A DNA stretch of 64,000 bases from the human T2T-CHM13v2.0 reference genome, Homo sapiens. Under the pieces are notes generated by a model. The model searched no databases, was not told where the DNA came from, and was given only the letters and a program-made list of their open reading frames with translations. The translations under genes were made by a program, and so were the position numbers. The DNA lies in NCBI RefSeq assembly GCF_009914755.1, contig NC_060932.1. One strand, written 5' to 3'. Below are positions 1-12,826 of the stretch, piece after piece; the stretch's first letter is position 1, and the number at the start of each line of letters is the position of its first letter.

Positions 1-55
1 AGTTTGTGATTTTGGCTTTTGCATTTAGGTCTAGGATCTATTTCAAGTTACTTTG

Positions 56-98
<43 letters not shown>

Positions 99-104
99 CA
101 TGTG
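56..104. repeat. (TG)n microsatellite
   Basis: Direct inspection. Confidence 0.95.
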
Positions 105-233
105 CGCCTTGAAGTAAGGATTGAGGTTTATTTTCTTTTCCATACAGATATCCAGTTGTTTTAGCACCATTTGCTGAAAAAAGCTATTCTTTCTCCTTTA
201 AATTGCCTGGGCTCTTGTCAAAAATCAATTGAC

Positions 234-528
234 GGCTGGGGGCGGTAGCTCACACCTGTAATCCCAGCACTTTGGGAGGCTGAGGCAGGCAGACGGATCA
301 CGTGAGGTCAAGAGTTTGAGACTAGCATGGCTAACATGGTGAAACCCGTCTCTACTAAAAATATAAAAGTTAGATGGGTGTGGTGGCGCATGCCTGTAAT
401 CCCAGCTACTCAGGAGGCTGAGGCACAAGAATCGCTTGAACCTGGGAGGCGGAGGTTGCAGTGAGCTGAGATTGCACCACTCCAGCCTGGGCGACCGAGT
501 GAGACTGTCTCAAAAAAAAAAAAAAAAA
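234..528 (+). mobile_element. Alu (AluS-like)
   Basis: Dimeric Alu, A tail, TSD-like aattgac. Confidence 0.95.
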
Positions 529-659
529 TTGACCATTTATGTGTTTGTCTATTTCTGAACTCTATTCTGTTCTATTGATCTATATGTCTGTTCACATTAC
601 CCTGATTCTTGTAGCTTTGTGGTACGTTTTGAAATCAGGTGATTGTGGAGATGTATTTT

Positions 660-726
660 TCCCATCCAAGTACTAACGAGGCCCGACCCTGCTTAGCTTT
701 CCAGATCAGGTAGTATGGCTGTAGAC
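660..726 (-). pseudogene. 5S rRNA retropseudogene, 3'-truncated with an internal deletion
   Basis: Reverse complement GTCTACAGCCATACTAC-CTGATCTGGAAAGCTAAGCAGGGTCGGGCCTCGTTAGTACTTGGATGGGA matches 5S nt 1-~88 minus ~21 nt; flanking aaaaataca repeats. Confidence 0.9.
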
Positions 727-835
727 AAGAAGGTGTATTTTTAAGTTGGATTTATTCGATCAAACTTTTATCAAATGCATTATTCTACTCATATTGGAAA
801 AATGAAGTAAGAGTATCATTTTTCAAAGATGGCAT

Positions 836-1202
836 TGCTTGGGACTGATTTGTGACTCCCAAATTATATGTTGAAGCCCCAACCCCCAATGTATATTGGA
901 GATAGAGTCTATAAGGAGGTTTTAAGGTTAAATGAGATCATGAGGGTGGTTGCTGATTCAGTGGGGTTAGTGTCCTTATTGGAAGAGACCCCCGAGAGCC
1001 CACTGTGTCTCTCTCTGCCATGTGAGGACATAACAAGAAGGCAGCATTCTACAAGCTAGGGAGAGGCCCTCACCAGACACCAACCATGCAGGCACCCTGA
1101 TCTTGGACCTCCCAGCCTCTGGACTGTGAGAAACTACATTTCTGTAGTTTAAACTACCCAATCCGTAGTATTTTGGTATAGCAACCTGAGCAGGCTAAGA
1201 CA
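836..1202. mobile_element. MaLR LTR (MLT1A/B-like)
   Basis: Typical MLT1 motifs (tatgttgaagcccc...gccatgtgaggaca...ctaagaca). Confidence 0.8.
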
Positions 1203-1248
1203 AAGAGCAAGCTGACTTTAAAGGAAGGGAAAGTATACTGAGAATATT

Positions 1249-1529
1249 GGCTGGGCACGGTGGCTCATGCCTGTAATCCCAGCACTTTGGGAGGCCGAGG
1301 TGGGCGGATCACCTGAGGTCAGGAGTTTGAGACCAGCCTGCCAACATGGCAAAACTCCGCCTCTACTAAAAATACAAAAATTAGCCGGGCATGGTGGTGC
1401 TGTAATCCCAGCTACTCGGGAGGCTGAGGCATGTGAATTACTTGAAACCGGGTGGCGGAGGTTGCACTGAGCCAAGATCACACCACTGCACTGCAGCCTA
1501 GAAGAAAGAGCAAGAATCCATCTCAAAAA
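1249..1529 (+). mobile_element. Alu (AluS)
   Basis: Alu consensus. Confidence 0.95.
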
Positions 1530-2059
1530 GAAATATATAGGATAGGATTCCTTGCTTTAGGGCCAACTTTGGTGACCTTGGGTACATGTTTCCTTTCCTG
1601 TAAAATTAGAAAATTGGTCCAGAGAACTCTAGAATAGCCCCCACTAATGTCCTATTTAAATTTAATAACCTGTAATTTTAGATGGATTATGAGTGATTTT
1701 CTCTTTTACTTGTATTCTCTGCCCTGATTCAGGTTTTAAAATAGCTGAACAAAAACAATACTGAAAGCCAAATCGTTTGATGAAAACGGTGGCTGACACT
1801 TAATAATAACTTAGTCTTCTTTTAGTTAAAATGCTTCAGGAAAATCCTGATATAGATAGAACCAGACTCTAGTTTATTTTAGGAGTTTTTACAGTCATTT
1901 CTTCCTTGAGCCTTTTGCTTGGTGTTTCCTGACACAGAACTCGAAGCCATGCTTTCTCCTTAGTTAATGGCTCCCCACGCCAGAGGTGTGGGGCCACCTC
2001 ATATATGTGTCCTGGGACAGATCCCAGGATTGGAGAGAAATTAGAGGTCATCTAGTCCC

Positions 2060-2195
2060 GGGCATTTCAAATGTGGTCCCTGGACTAGCAGCTTCGACCT
2101 CCCCTGGGAGAATATTAGGAATGCAGAATCCCAGGCCACACCCCAGACCTGCCGAAGCAGGCACACTCTAAAGCAAGGCTGAGAAGCACTGTTCT
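2060..2195. mobile_element. MER5A-like DNA transposon fragment
   Basis: gtggtccctggactagcagc...aatgcagaatcccaggccacaccccagacct. Confidence 0.6.
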
Positions 2196-2360
2196 AGTTG
2201 AACAGTGAAGAATCTTCTGTATGGTCTTCCCAGCAGACCATCTGGCCTCTGGGCACCTCTGAACGTGACCTCACGTGAGGCAATCTGTTCCATTTGTGGA
2301 CAGTTCTGTTCAAGTCTCTTTTTTGTATTCATCTGAAATGTGTCTTCCCCTCCCTTCTAG

Positions 2361-2745
<385 letters not shown>

Positions 2746-5257
2746 AGATCTCACGATCTGATATAGAAATAGAGATGTCCATGAATGAACTAGAGCACAG
2801 TGTGAGAAATGCAGTGAAGAAGATGATGTCCAGGGTGCTGAGCTGCACGGAGAAGGGTGCTGGAGAGGACCTCCAGGTGGGGGTGCAGCCCGGTACACAT
2901 ACTGAGTTGGAATCTGCCAGACTCAGGATGGGGAAGGGGTTCTGGGAGGGCGCTCCGCACCCAGAGAAGAGCTTTGCAGAGGCATGAGAGGTGACGTATT
3001 GGGGTCCCTGAAAAGTTTGATTTCCTTATGTTAAAGTAGCAAGGAGCTGGGAAAGTGGGCAGGGGGCTGGATCACAAAGGGCCCATTCTGCAGTGTCCAA
3101 GGAGTTCACTTGAATGTGAGAGGCTGGGGAGAATAGATTTGCATTGTAGGAAGAAGGCTGCTGGCTGCAGTAACGGGCCGGAAGAGGGAGGCAGGGGTGC
3201 TCTTAGCAGATTGACAGAGCCTGATCTAAAGGAAAGACATGAAGGACTGAGCTAGGGGCGGGATAAGAGCTCGGCCACTAGTCTCTAAGGAATCTACCTC
3301 ATAAATCTAAAGCAGCAAATCCTGTCCCCTCAGTTCTCCACTTTTGCTCAATGCTTATTCATTAGGGGCCAGCTCTTTCCAGGCTATGCACGCCGTGAGG
3401 ACTGCACAGATAAAGGTGGCGTGGGCCTTGCCCGCATTACAGAGTGTCACTGCTTAGTGGGCAGTGGGCATCTCCAGTTATTCCTTCTTCATGTGATATT
3501 GTTTTAAATGCCCTTAGCTTTTGCGTTTTTCCTCCGTGGAGTGGTCTAGTTGATATTCCCCTTAACTGGTCGTGTCTGAAACTGAATTGCAGGCTCTAGG
3601 TAATGGTGTGAGCAATGTGGACTAGGGCCCGGGCTGTTACCTTCTTTCTGTGAAGACGGCCTAAGATACAGTATGGCCCTGCGTCTTTGAAGGCCATCTG
3701 AGAACACTGCAGCTTCAGACTGCCCTAGGTCAGAGCTACTGGCAGTGTCCCAAGGAGGCCTTGGCATGTGTTCTGCCTCCCCACTATTTCTCTTCTGTAT
3801 TTGATGGCTTTGATTTCACCGCACCTAAGTGTAAGTTCAAACTATATCCTATTAGACATTATCTTGTTAAACAGTTCCTGTTGCTCCATGCTTTTGAGAT
3901 GTTTTTTAATCTCTGGTTTCATCCTGTTAATTTATTCTCTTGGTTGTAAGCGACACAAATGATTGACGAGTTCCCTTGTATATTTGCATCAGCATCATTC
4001 ACTGAAACATTCTCGAAGGTAGGGCATATGTCAGAGTCCTGGCAGATGTAGGCTGCTTCACACTGTGCCTCCAGATTGGGAAAAGGTGGCATTCCTAATC
4101 ACCGGGGGAAGTAAATTCATCAATAAATGTGGTTTAGGACAGCTGAAGAGCTGTTAGAAAAAAAAGGGAGCTGGGGTCCCTCCAACATTCCTTAGATAAA
4201 AATAAACTACATAACAAAGAAAGTCTCTTAAAAAAAAAGAAATTAAATTGTCTGAAAGATTTAGACTTAAATAATGAACTCATAAAAATTATTAGACGAA
4301 ACATGAGTAAATTTTAAATATATCTTGGAATGTAGACAGAAGACTTTTTTCCCCCCAAAGCGTGTCACAAAACACAGAAGCTGTAAAGAAAAAGGCTAAC
4401 TTTCCTAAAAGAAAAATTTCATGAGGAAAATTTAAAGTTCTGTTGGGCAAAAATTCCATAAATGTGGTCAAAAAACAAGTAATATATTGGAGAAAAATAT
4501 TTGCAGCCTATGTGTCAGAGCTAATTCCTTTCACATGGAAAGAAGTCTTAGAAGTCAATAGGAAAAATGAAAAATGGAATAGTTAAACCAATGTTCATTG
4601 CTAGAAGTGAGCTTGTGAAAACATAGTAAACTTCACTTTGTTTAAAAATGCAAAGGAAAATAAAGAGGTCTCATTGTTTTCATCTGTGAAATTGGATGTG
4701 GCTAAGTCTGATAATACCCACCTTGCTGGTGAAAGGATGAGAAAACAGACATATTGAGTTGACCAGTGCTGTTGAAGGGCATTTCTACAATATCCTTAGA
4801 CTAGAATTTAAAAGGTTCGTATTCTTAGACTCAGTCATTCCACTAATGACCCTGTAAATGTTTTCCAGCATGTACACAAAAATAACTACGCAGATATTTG
4901 TAATAATAGCATTTATACTAGCAAAAAATAGAGGTAGCTTATATGACCATCTGTAGGTGTCCAGCAAAATATTGTGTAGTGTTAAAAATGGCACAATTCT
5001 CTACGTACTAACTAGGAAAGGTTCAGGATACTAAATGGAAAAGCAAATCACTATGCATAGGAGGATGTTGTGTTAAAAATTAAAAAGATATACGGGATAT
5101 CAGTAAGGAAGATATTAGCTATAAATTAACAAAAATGAAGGGAATGTATTTACCTTGTACAACAAGACATCTTCATATGTCAGCAGTGCAGGGTTGGGAC
5201 AGGGTCTCACTATGCCATCCCTGCCTCAGATGCCATCTTTCTCCTCTGCGGTACTAA

Positions 5258-5719
<462 letters not shown>

Positions 5720-5866
5720 TAGAACTATCCCATGGCTACCCAGACCTTCAGGGAATCTGTCAAGGCAAAAATTTTGATTAGGCACGTGTTCTTCCCTGAC
5801 ACACAATCCAGAGTTCTGTGAATATGGAAGAAGAGGAGAAGGGATATTGGGTAGGCAGCAGTGTGC

Positions 5867-5867
<1 letters not shown>

Positions 5868-5899
<32 letters not shown>
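5868..5899. repeat. (AC)n microsatellite
   Basis: Direct inspection. Confidence 0.95.
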
Positions 5900-5902
<3 letters not shown>

Positions 5903-6347
5903 TTGTGTTTGCATGCAGTATTTCTGGAAGGCGCCTGAGAAATGGGTAACAGTAGTTACCTCTGTGGAATAGACTGGCCGTCAGGAGGAAGGTGGACATT
6001 TATTTTTCACTTTATAGTGTTCTTTCCTGCAAATTTTTTAAAAAAACAATGAATATGTGTTAACTTTAAAGGAAGGAAGTTGATAGGAAGCTGACAACTA
6101 TCCATTATCAGAACCTCTTGGGTACAGCTGTCCAACCAGTTACTCAGAACCAGGTCATTTAACCTCTGTGAACTTCAGCCTCAACTGCAAAATGAGAGGC
6201 TAGAATAGATAGTATCTTAGGCTCCTTCTACCTCTGAGCCTCCTCCAGTTAATTACACAATCTCCAGGAGCTGAAGGAGAGAACTAAGAGTCAGCTCCTT
6301 TAGCAAGAAAAGACATCCAGGATTTTAAACAGGTTCTTACTTAGCCT

Positions 6348-7039
<692 letters not shown>

Positions 7040-7576
7040 GTCTTCTGTCCCTTTACACTTTGTGAGGGGAGCTCTGCATTTTGCAGAATCTCTAGGACAG
7101 CATGAGATTGCACTGACTTAGCTACTGCCTCTATTCCCTTCCTTGGTGAAAGCAGGTCCCCTAGGAGTCTAGCCTGGGAACCTGCAAATGCTAAACGTGG
7201 CCTGGGGGCAGAGAAGCGCATCTGACTGGAAGAAGCAAATCTGTTCCCGTGAGGCCAGCGCAGCCTTCCTCCAGGGTGCGATCGCTGTGCACACCTCCTT
7301 CCTGGGTTCCTTGGGGCCTTGCCTCCAACTTGCTTACCTGTTCTCTAATCTATTTTCTTTCCTTGAACTTCAGAATTGATGGATACCCTGTCTCACTCTA
7401 GATTCCTTGCCTGGCTTCTGACCGCTAAACCCATCTGGACTACAAATGGTTTATCTTTTAGAGATGATCTATATCTCTTCAGCTGGTGAGATTTGAGGGC
7501 AGGATCTTATGTTACATGAGTGACCTTCTTATAGATATTGGCAAGAATCATTTTCTTCTTCTGATGGAGCAGAAAG

Positions 7577-7578
<2 letters not shown>

Positions 7579-7625
<47 letters not shown>

Positions 7626-7645
7626 AAAGAGAGAGAAAGAGAAAG
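7579..7645. repeat. (TG)n followed by a GA-rich run
   Basis: Direct inspection. Confidence 0.95.
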
Positions 7646-8196
7646 ACTTTCATTGCCCTTTAAGCCCTCACCCTAGCACTGCATCTGAGCCAGAAGACTC
7701 TGAAATGGCCTGCAGTGTTCCAGGCCATTTAAGGGAGACTGGATCTTTTCTGAGGCTAAATGAGGGCTGGTTTTCCTGTGCTGGAGTGGGTAAGGACTCC
7801 GGGGTACCCTGTGTGCTTGGAGGGAGGCAGTCCTGTATTTCTTAAGATGCTTAAGAAGATGCAAGATGTGAGATGCTTAGATGATGGAAGGTGAGGAGAG
7901 GTTGGCCTCCAGGCATCCTGCTCCCCGCAGAGCCCCTGAGAAGGTGGCCTTATTTATGGAGTTTGCCTGTCTGTTTACTGGCTTCTTCTCAAGGGAGCAT
8001 AGAGGACCCCACTGGTCAGGTGTCAGACAAAAGAGCTGTACGGATGCATAGATTTAGTTCTGCCTCGCAGGCAGGTAGCCTGAGCTCCTAGGGGGAACTG
8101 TTTTTGCTAAGTAGGGAATGAAAAGCATGTTTATTTAAGCACAAAATTAAATCTCTCCTATTTTTATATGATTTCCCGTTGTTTTCTTCCCTGTAG

Positions 8197-8276
8197 GGAA
8201 ATCTGCTGTGATAGAGAACTGCGTAACAGGCCTTTTCTGTGAGCGCTCACTCATACATTATGCACGACGTGGCTAA
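8197..8276 (+). CDS. Putative C-terminal coding segment of a microprotein (xKSAVIENCVTGLFCERSLIHYARRG*); start would lie in upstream exons outside the window
   Basis: Longest frame open from the acceptor (codons from 8199, TAA 8274-8276); similarity to the TUG1 ORF C-terminus is recalled, not computed. Confidence 0.45.
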
Positions 8277-8315
8277 GATCTTTGAAGCGCAGGGAGACAG
8301 GCACATCTCTGAGAG
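8197..8315 (+). ncRNA. LINC-PINT: Internal exon (candidate GC donor after 8315; alternative GT donor after 8403)
   Basis: ttcccgttgttttcttccctgtag|GGAAAT acceptor; AG|GCGAGA at 8315 or CAG|GTGATG at 8403; 8 CpGs in 8197-8403 in unique sequence. Confidence 0.6.
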
Positions 8316-9249
8316 GCGAGATTCTTTCTTTTCTCAGCCCCCACTATCTTCTGTGCTACATCAGAGATGGAGCACAGCCACCGTGGGTCTTGAAATTTCG
8401 CAGGTGATGCTCTTCTCGGTGACCTGTGGGTTCATTACCTGTGTCAAAGACTGAAGACGGGAGAATTAGGGAAGTGGTGGCCTGGGAGAACCAAGGACAT
8501 GTTTGTGTGCCCTATTTAGGCGATTGTTCTACTTCATGCTAAATTTGTGAGGAGTTTTATGAAGCCTAGAAAATTAAGTAGAAAATATATTTTTACAGTA
8601 TTTTAAGCTGGAACAGACTATTTAAAGCTCGAAGAGACCCTAGAGATAAACCAGTTCAGTCTCTTCCTTTTGCAGTAGAAGGGACGAGGCCCAGAGGACT
8701 CACGGTGTTTCGGGAACTTGCAGGGAGTTAGCGCAGCACCAGGATCGGAGCGCGGGGCCCCGTGTCCAGCTCCTTACTCTTTTTGTTCTGCCAGCGATGC
8801 CCACCGGGCCTTCACAGTACATTTCTCTGGATACAGAGAGAAACATTATTCATCTGAAAGCAAGGCTTCAGAAGCTGTTTTTATAATAATTTGTTAGAGC
8901 CACATAGTAACTTGCAAATAAACATTTACAGTTAATGAGAAAAATGGATACCCCTGAGAAAAACCGTTTGTAGTTACTGTGTTCTAGTCAGAGCTCTTGA
9001 GCTAATTTGAAAGGAAAGTCAGGATTCTGGCAGGAGGAGAGCTATCCCCAGATTCCAAGGATGGGGAAGAGAATCTCTGTATGGACTAGAATTCGAGATT
9101 GTCCTGTGTCCCTCTGTCTCTCCTTCCCGGTCTTCTGTCTGTGTCCTCTGTGCGGGATCCCATGCCTGGCTCTGTTACCCTCCCTTCCCGCCACCAGCCT
9201 GTCGGTACCTCCTGTCCTGATTTTCTGGTTTTCAGTCATTCCAACCCCT

Positions 9250-9737
9250 TCTCAGTTTCCCTGACTTGGTCCCTGTGCCCGTCTCAGTCCCCCTGACTTG
9301 GTTCCTGTCCCTGTGTCAGTCCCCCTGACTTGGTCCCTGTCCCCTTCTAAATCCCCCTGGCTTGGTTCCCTGTCACCATCTCAGTCCCCCTGACTTGGTT
9401 CCCTGTCCTCATCTCAGTCTCCCTGACTTGGTCCCTGCCCCCATCTCAGTCCCCCTGACTTGGTCCCTGTCCCCGTCTCAGTCCCCCTGACTTGGGTCCC
9501 TGTCTCCATCTCAGTCCCCCTGACTTGGGTCCCTGTCTCCATCTCATTCCCCCTGATTTGGTCCCTGTCCTCATCTCAGGCCCCCTGACTTGGGTCACTG
9601 TCTCCATCTCAATCCCCCTGACGTGATCCCTGTCCCTATCTCAGTCCCCCTGACTTGGGTCCCTGTCTGCATCTCAATCCCCCCTGACTTGGTCCCTGTC
9701 CCCATCTCAGTGCCCCTGGCGTGGTCCCCTGTCTCCC
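9250..9737. repeat. Minisatellite, ~15 x 32-33 bp (tctcagtccccctgacttggtccctgtcccca)
   Basis: Units counted by eye. Confidence 0.95.
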
Positions 9738-11829
9738 GCTCCATCCCCTGCCCCCATCTCTGTCCCTCTGCATCAGGCATGGTCACGTCTCAGTGCCATC
9801 TCACCCTCTCCCTGAGGACTCGCTCCATTTTCCTCTCCCCTCAGACCAGCTTGCTCTGCAGCTGCGCACGATGCAAATGACCGCCCCAGCCTCTCTTGGC
9901 TTCAGTCCCCCACCACAGACTAATTCTATCTCTCACCCCAATTTCAAATCCCCAGGGAGCTGTCTGATCTGCCTGCTTCAGCTCCTCTCAGCCTGCCTGG
10001 TGCTGCCGCACAGAGGAATTGGCTGCCCGTGGCCGGGTGGAGAGTCCTCGTCTTGTGTGTGGCCAGGGTCTCAAGGCCTCATGCTACACACTTGCGTATA
10101 GCATCTCATGCAGGCTTCACCACAGTCTTACGAGGCATGCGGTGACCTTGCCCTTAGACGTGTGCACTCAGGCCTAGAGCTGTCAGAGCCATTTGTCGAG
10201 GGACCCGCTGCTAGGAGATGGCAGAGCTGGAGCCAGACCCCAAAGCCAGCGCTGCGCTGTTCTCCTTTTGATGCGGGCTTATCCACAGTTAATCAGTGAA
10301 TTCCTCAGATGTCCACATGCTCCTACGGTGAGTAAACCCAGCTGTCTTTTGCACATAGTTGGAAAAGTTACTATTAGGCACCTAGACTAGGTTTGATAGC
10401 AATAGGATTTTATTAAAACCTTGATGGAAAACCTGCGTAGTATCTGCTAACATCTTTGCATGCTTGGAGGCAGAGGAGGATTTAATATACATCAAGTCTG
10501 TGTAGCAACATCAAAGGAAGATTTAAACACTGCTGGCTTTTTTGTGCGATATTTAAAAAGCACCCCCCACCTTTTAAGAAAATGTGAAGTTCTGGCATAA
10601 ATCAAAGTGTGATTAATCAGTGATGATTGACTGGTATTTTCATAACCTGTGGCATTAATAACAACTTTGTATGGACATAAGAGTTGTAAGCAAATTTGGG
10701 AGGGAGGTTACTGCTTCATGCTATTCTCCATGCCGATCTTCGATCTTTGTACATACTTAGTTGCATTCTGTAAAATTCGGCGTGATGAAATCCAAGAACC
10801 AAAAATGCAGGGTGGAAATAGGCTTAGTAGTAAGTGACCTTCTATTTCCACTTCCCACCTCCTTGTTAAGATTCTTTGACCTCCTGCCACAGGGGCCTTA
10901 GAGGCATCCTGTAAGCTTTGCACAGAAGCTGCTAATCCCCCGGCAGGCAGTTCAGGCAGGCAGTTCATTCCGTTTCCACCTGGCAGCTGCTCCCTCTGAC
11001 ACCCAAGGACTCGCAGGGAGTGGCCGTTGGACCTGCAGACCCCTGGGAACAGGCAGGGGGAAGATATGTGGAACTGAGACCCAGAGGCCTCCCCACTTCC
11101 CTGTGCTGACTCACGTAGGCTGTCATCTCTGTTGGCTTTTAAAGGAAGAGGGGTAGGAAGGACAGTGAAATTAGAAGCATTGCCAGGTCTTGCTTGAGAG
11201 CTTCTCTCTCTCACTGCTGCTATTTTTTCTTCATTAAATGTGTGATGTGGGTTTGTTCAAAGCATCCAGTGGCTCTCCACTTAGATCATTTAATTCCACG
11301 ATGCAAATGGCAGCACAGCTTTGGCCTGGAATCATGCTTCGCACTTGGTCAAGGCCACCTTTAACTGCCTGGCCAGACGGCTAGAGATTTTCCCGGGGCA
11401 CCCCTGGAGTTTTTCCCATCCTGACTAGAGATAATCTCAGAGCGGGAGCCAGCCCCAAGTGAGAGGGCCTCTGAAAGACCACAGGATGGGAACATGGACG
11501 TGTAGCCTCATTTCCTCAAGGGGATGCAAGGAGATTGATTAGGCAATGGGGGATTCCATGAAAAAAAAATTCATGATATTAGTCTACTTACGTAAAATTG
11601 TTTGGGTGAGCACGGGTGGAGGGGCAGGGTGGGGAAGAGAAAGACATTGAGATCAAGTGAATAAAGGAATTGGGACCAAATACCATTCTCACGCTAACCT
11701 GACTGTCAGATGAAAGAAGAGAATGTTGCAGTTATGCTTATGGCTTGATTCTGCTTGGAAGAAAAGAAATCAACACAAAAAATTCCTGATGTGTGCATGC
11801 GCTTTTGGAAAAAGGTGTAGGGAAGGGCA

Positions 11830-11941
11830 CACAGCAGTCTAATCCTGGGGACTTGAGAAGGGGGAGCACAGCAGTCCCAACCCTGGGGACTTGGGAAGGG
11901 GGAGCATAGCAGTCTAACTCTGGGGACTTGGGAAGGGGGAG
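11830..11941. repeat. 3 x 37-38 bp G-rich tandem repeat
   Basis: cacagcagtcyaaycctggggacttgggaagggggag x3. Confidence 0.9.
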
Positions 11942-12149
11942 TAAGGGAAAGGATTATATTCTTTTCTTTGCACATCTTTATATTTATTTCCTTATTCAAA
12001 CCAGCACTGTTAATTTTTGTAATTAAATAAATTTAGAGAAAGACTTTTTAAATGTGAGAGAGCTGTTCTGGGGGAAAAATCAGAACAAAAACTAAATTTA
12101 CACTGGGATTGTTTATTTTAAGTTTTGTGTTTCATAGATAGTCTGTATA

Positions 12150-12416
<267 letters not shown>

Positions 12417-12518
12417 AAGGTACAAAAGGCTCTTTGGGGAAAAGGAAGTTGTCTGTTCTGTCCACAGCCATGTATTTCCCTTTCTGGAGGCAGCCACTTT
12501 GGCCAGATTCTTGGATAT

Positions 12519-12826
12519 TCTTTTTTTTTTTTTTTTTTTTTGTTTTGAGTTGGAGTCTTGCTCTGTCGCCTAGGCTGGAGTGCAGTGGCGTGATCTTGGC
12601 TCACTGCAAGCTCCGCCTCCCGATTCACGCCATTCTCCTGCCTCAGCCTCCCGAGTAGCTGGGACTGCAGGCACCCGCCACCATGCCCGGCTAATTTTTT
12701 GTGTTTTTAGTAGAGATGGGGTTTCACCCTGTTAGCCAGGATGGTCTCGATCTCCTGACCTCGTGATCCGCCCACCTCGGCCTCCCAAAGTGCTGGGATT
12801 ACAGGCGTGAGCCACCGCACCCGGCC
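12519..12826 (-). mobile_element. Alu (AluY-like)
   Basis: caagctccgcc / cacgccattc diagnostics; 16-bp TSD attcttggatattctt. Confidence 0.95.

Larger units (their letters stand above)
1..645 (-). mobile_element. Old L1 fragment interrupted by (TG)n and an Alu
   Basis: L1 ORF2-antisense motifs (atatccagttgttttagcaccatttgctgaaaa; tctatttctgaactctattctgttctattgatc). Confidence 0.75.

Noticed and set aside
161-173. tagcaccatttg resembling miR-29b/c
   Set aside because: It is part of an L1 fragment with no hairpin partner.
8205-8313. Possible C/D-box snoRNA (gtgata…ctga)
   Set aside because: The C box does not match RUGAUGA, there is no terminal stem, and the sequence is exonic.
9250-9737. CRISPR-like appearance of the ~32-bp repeats
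   Set aside because: Contiguous tandem units without unique spacers, in human DNA.
10708-11214. 168-aa minus-strand ORF (and the 173-aa ORF at 34380-34901)
   Set aside because: Non-ATG starts, no domain resemblance; lengths compatible with chance in GC-richer DNA.
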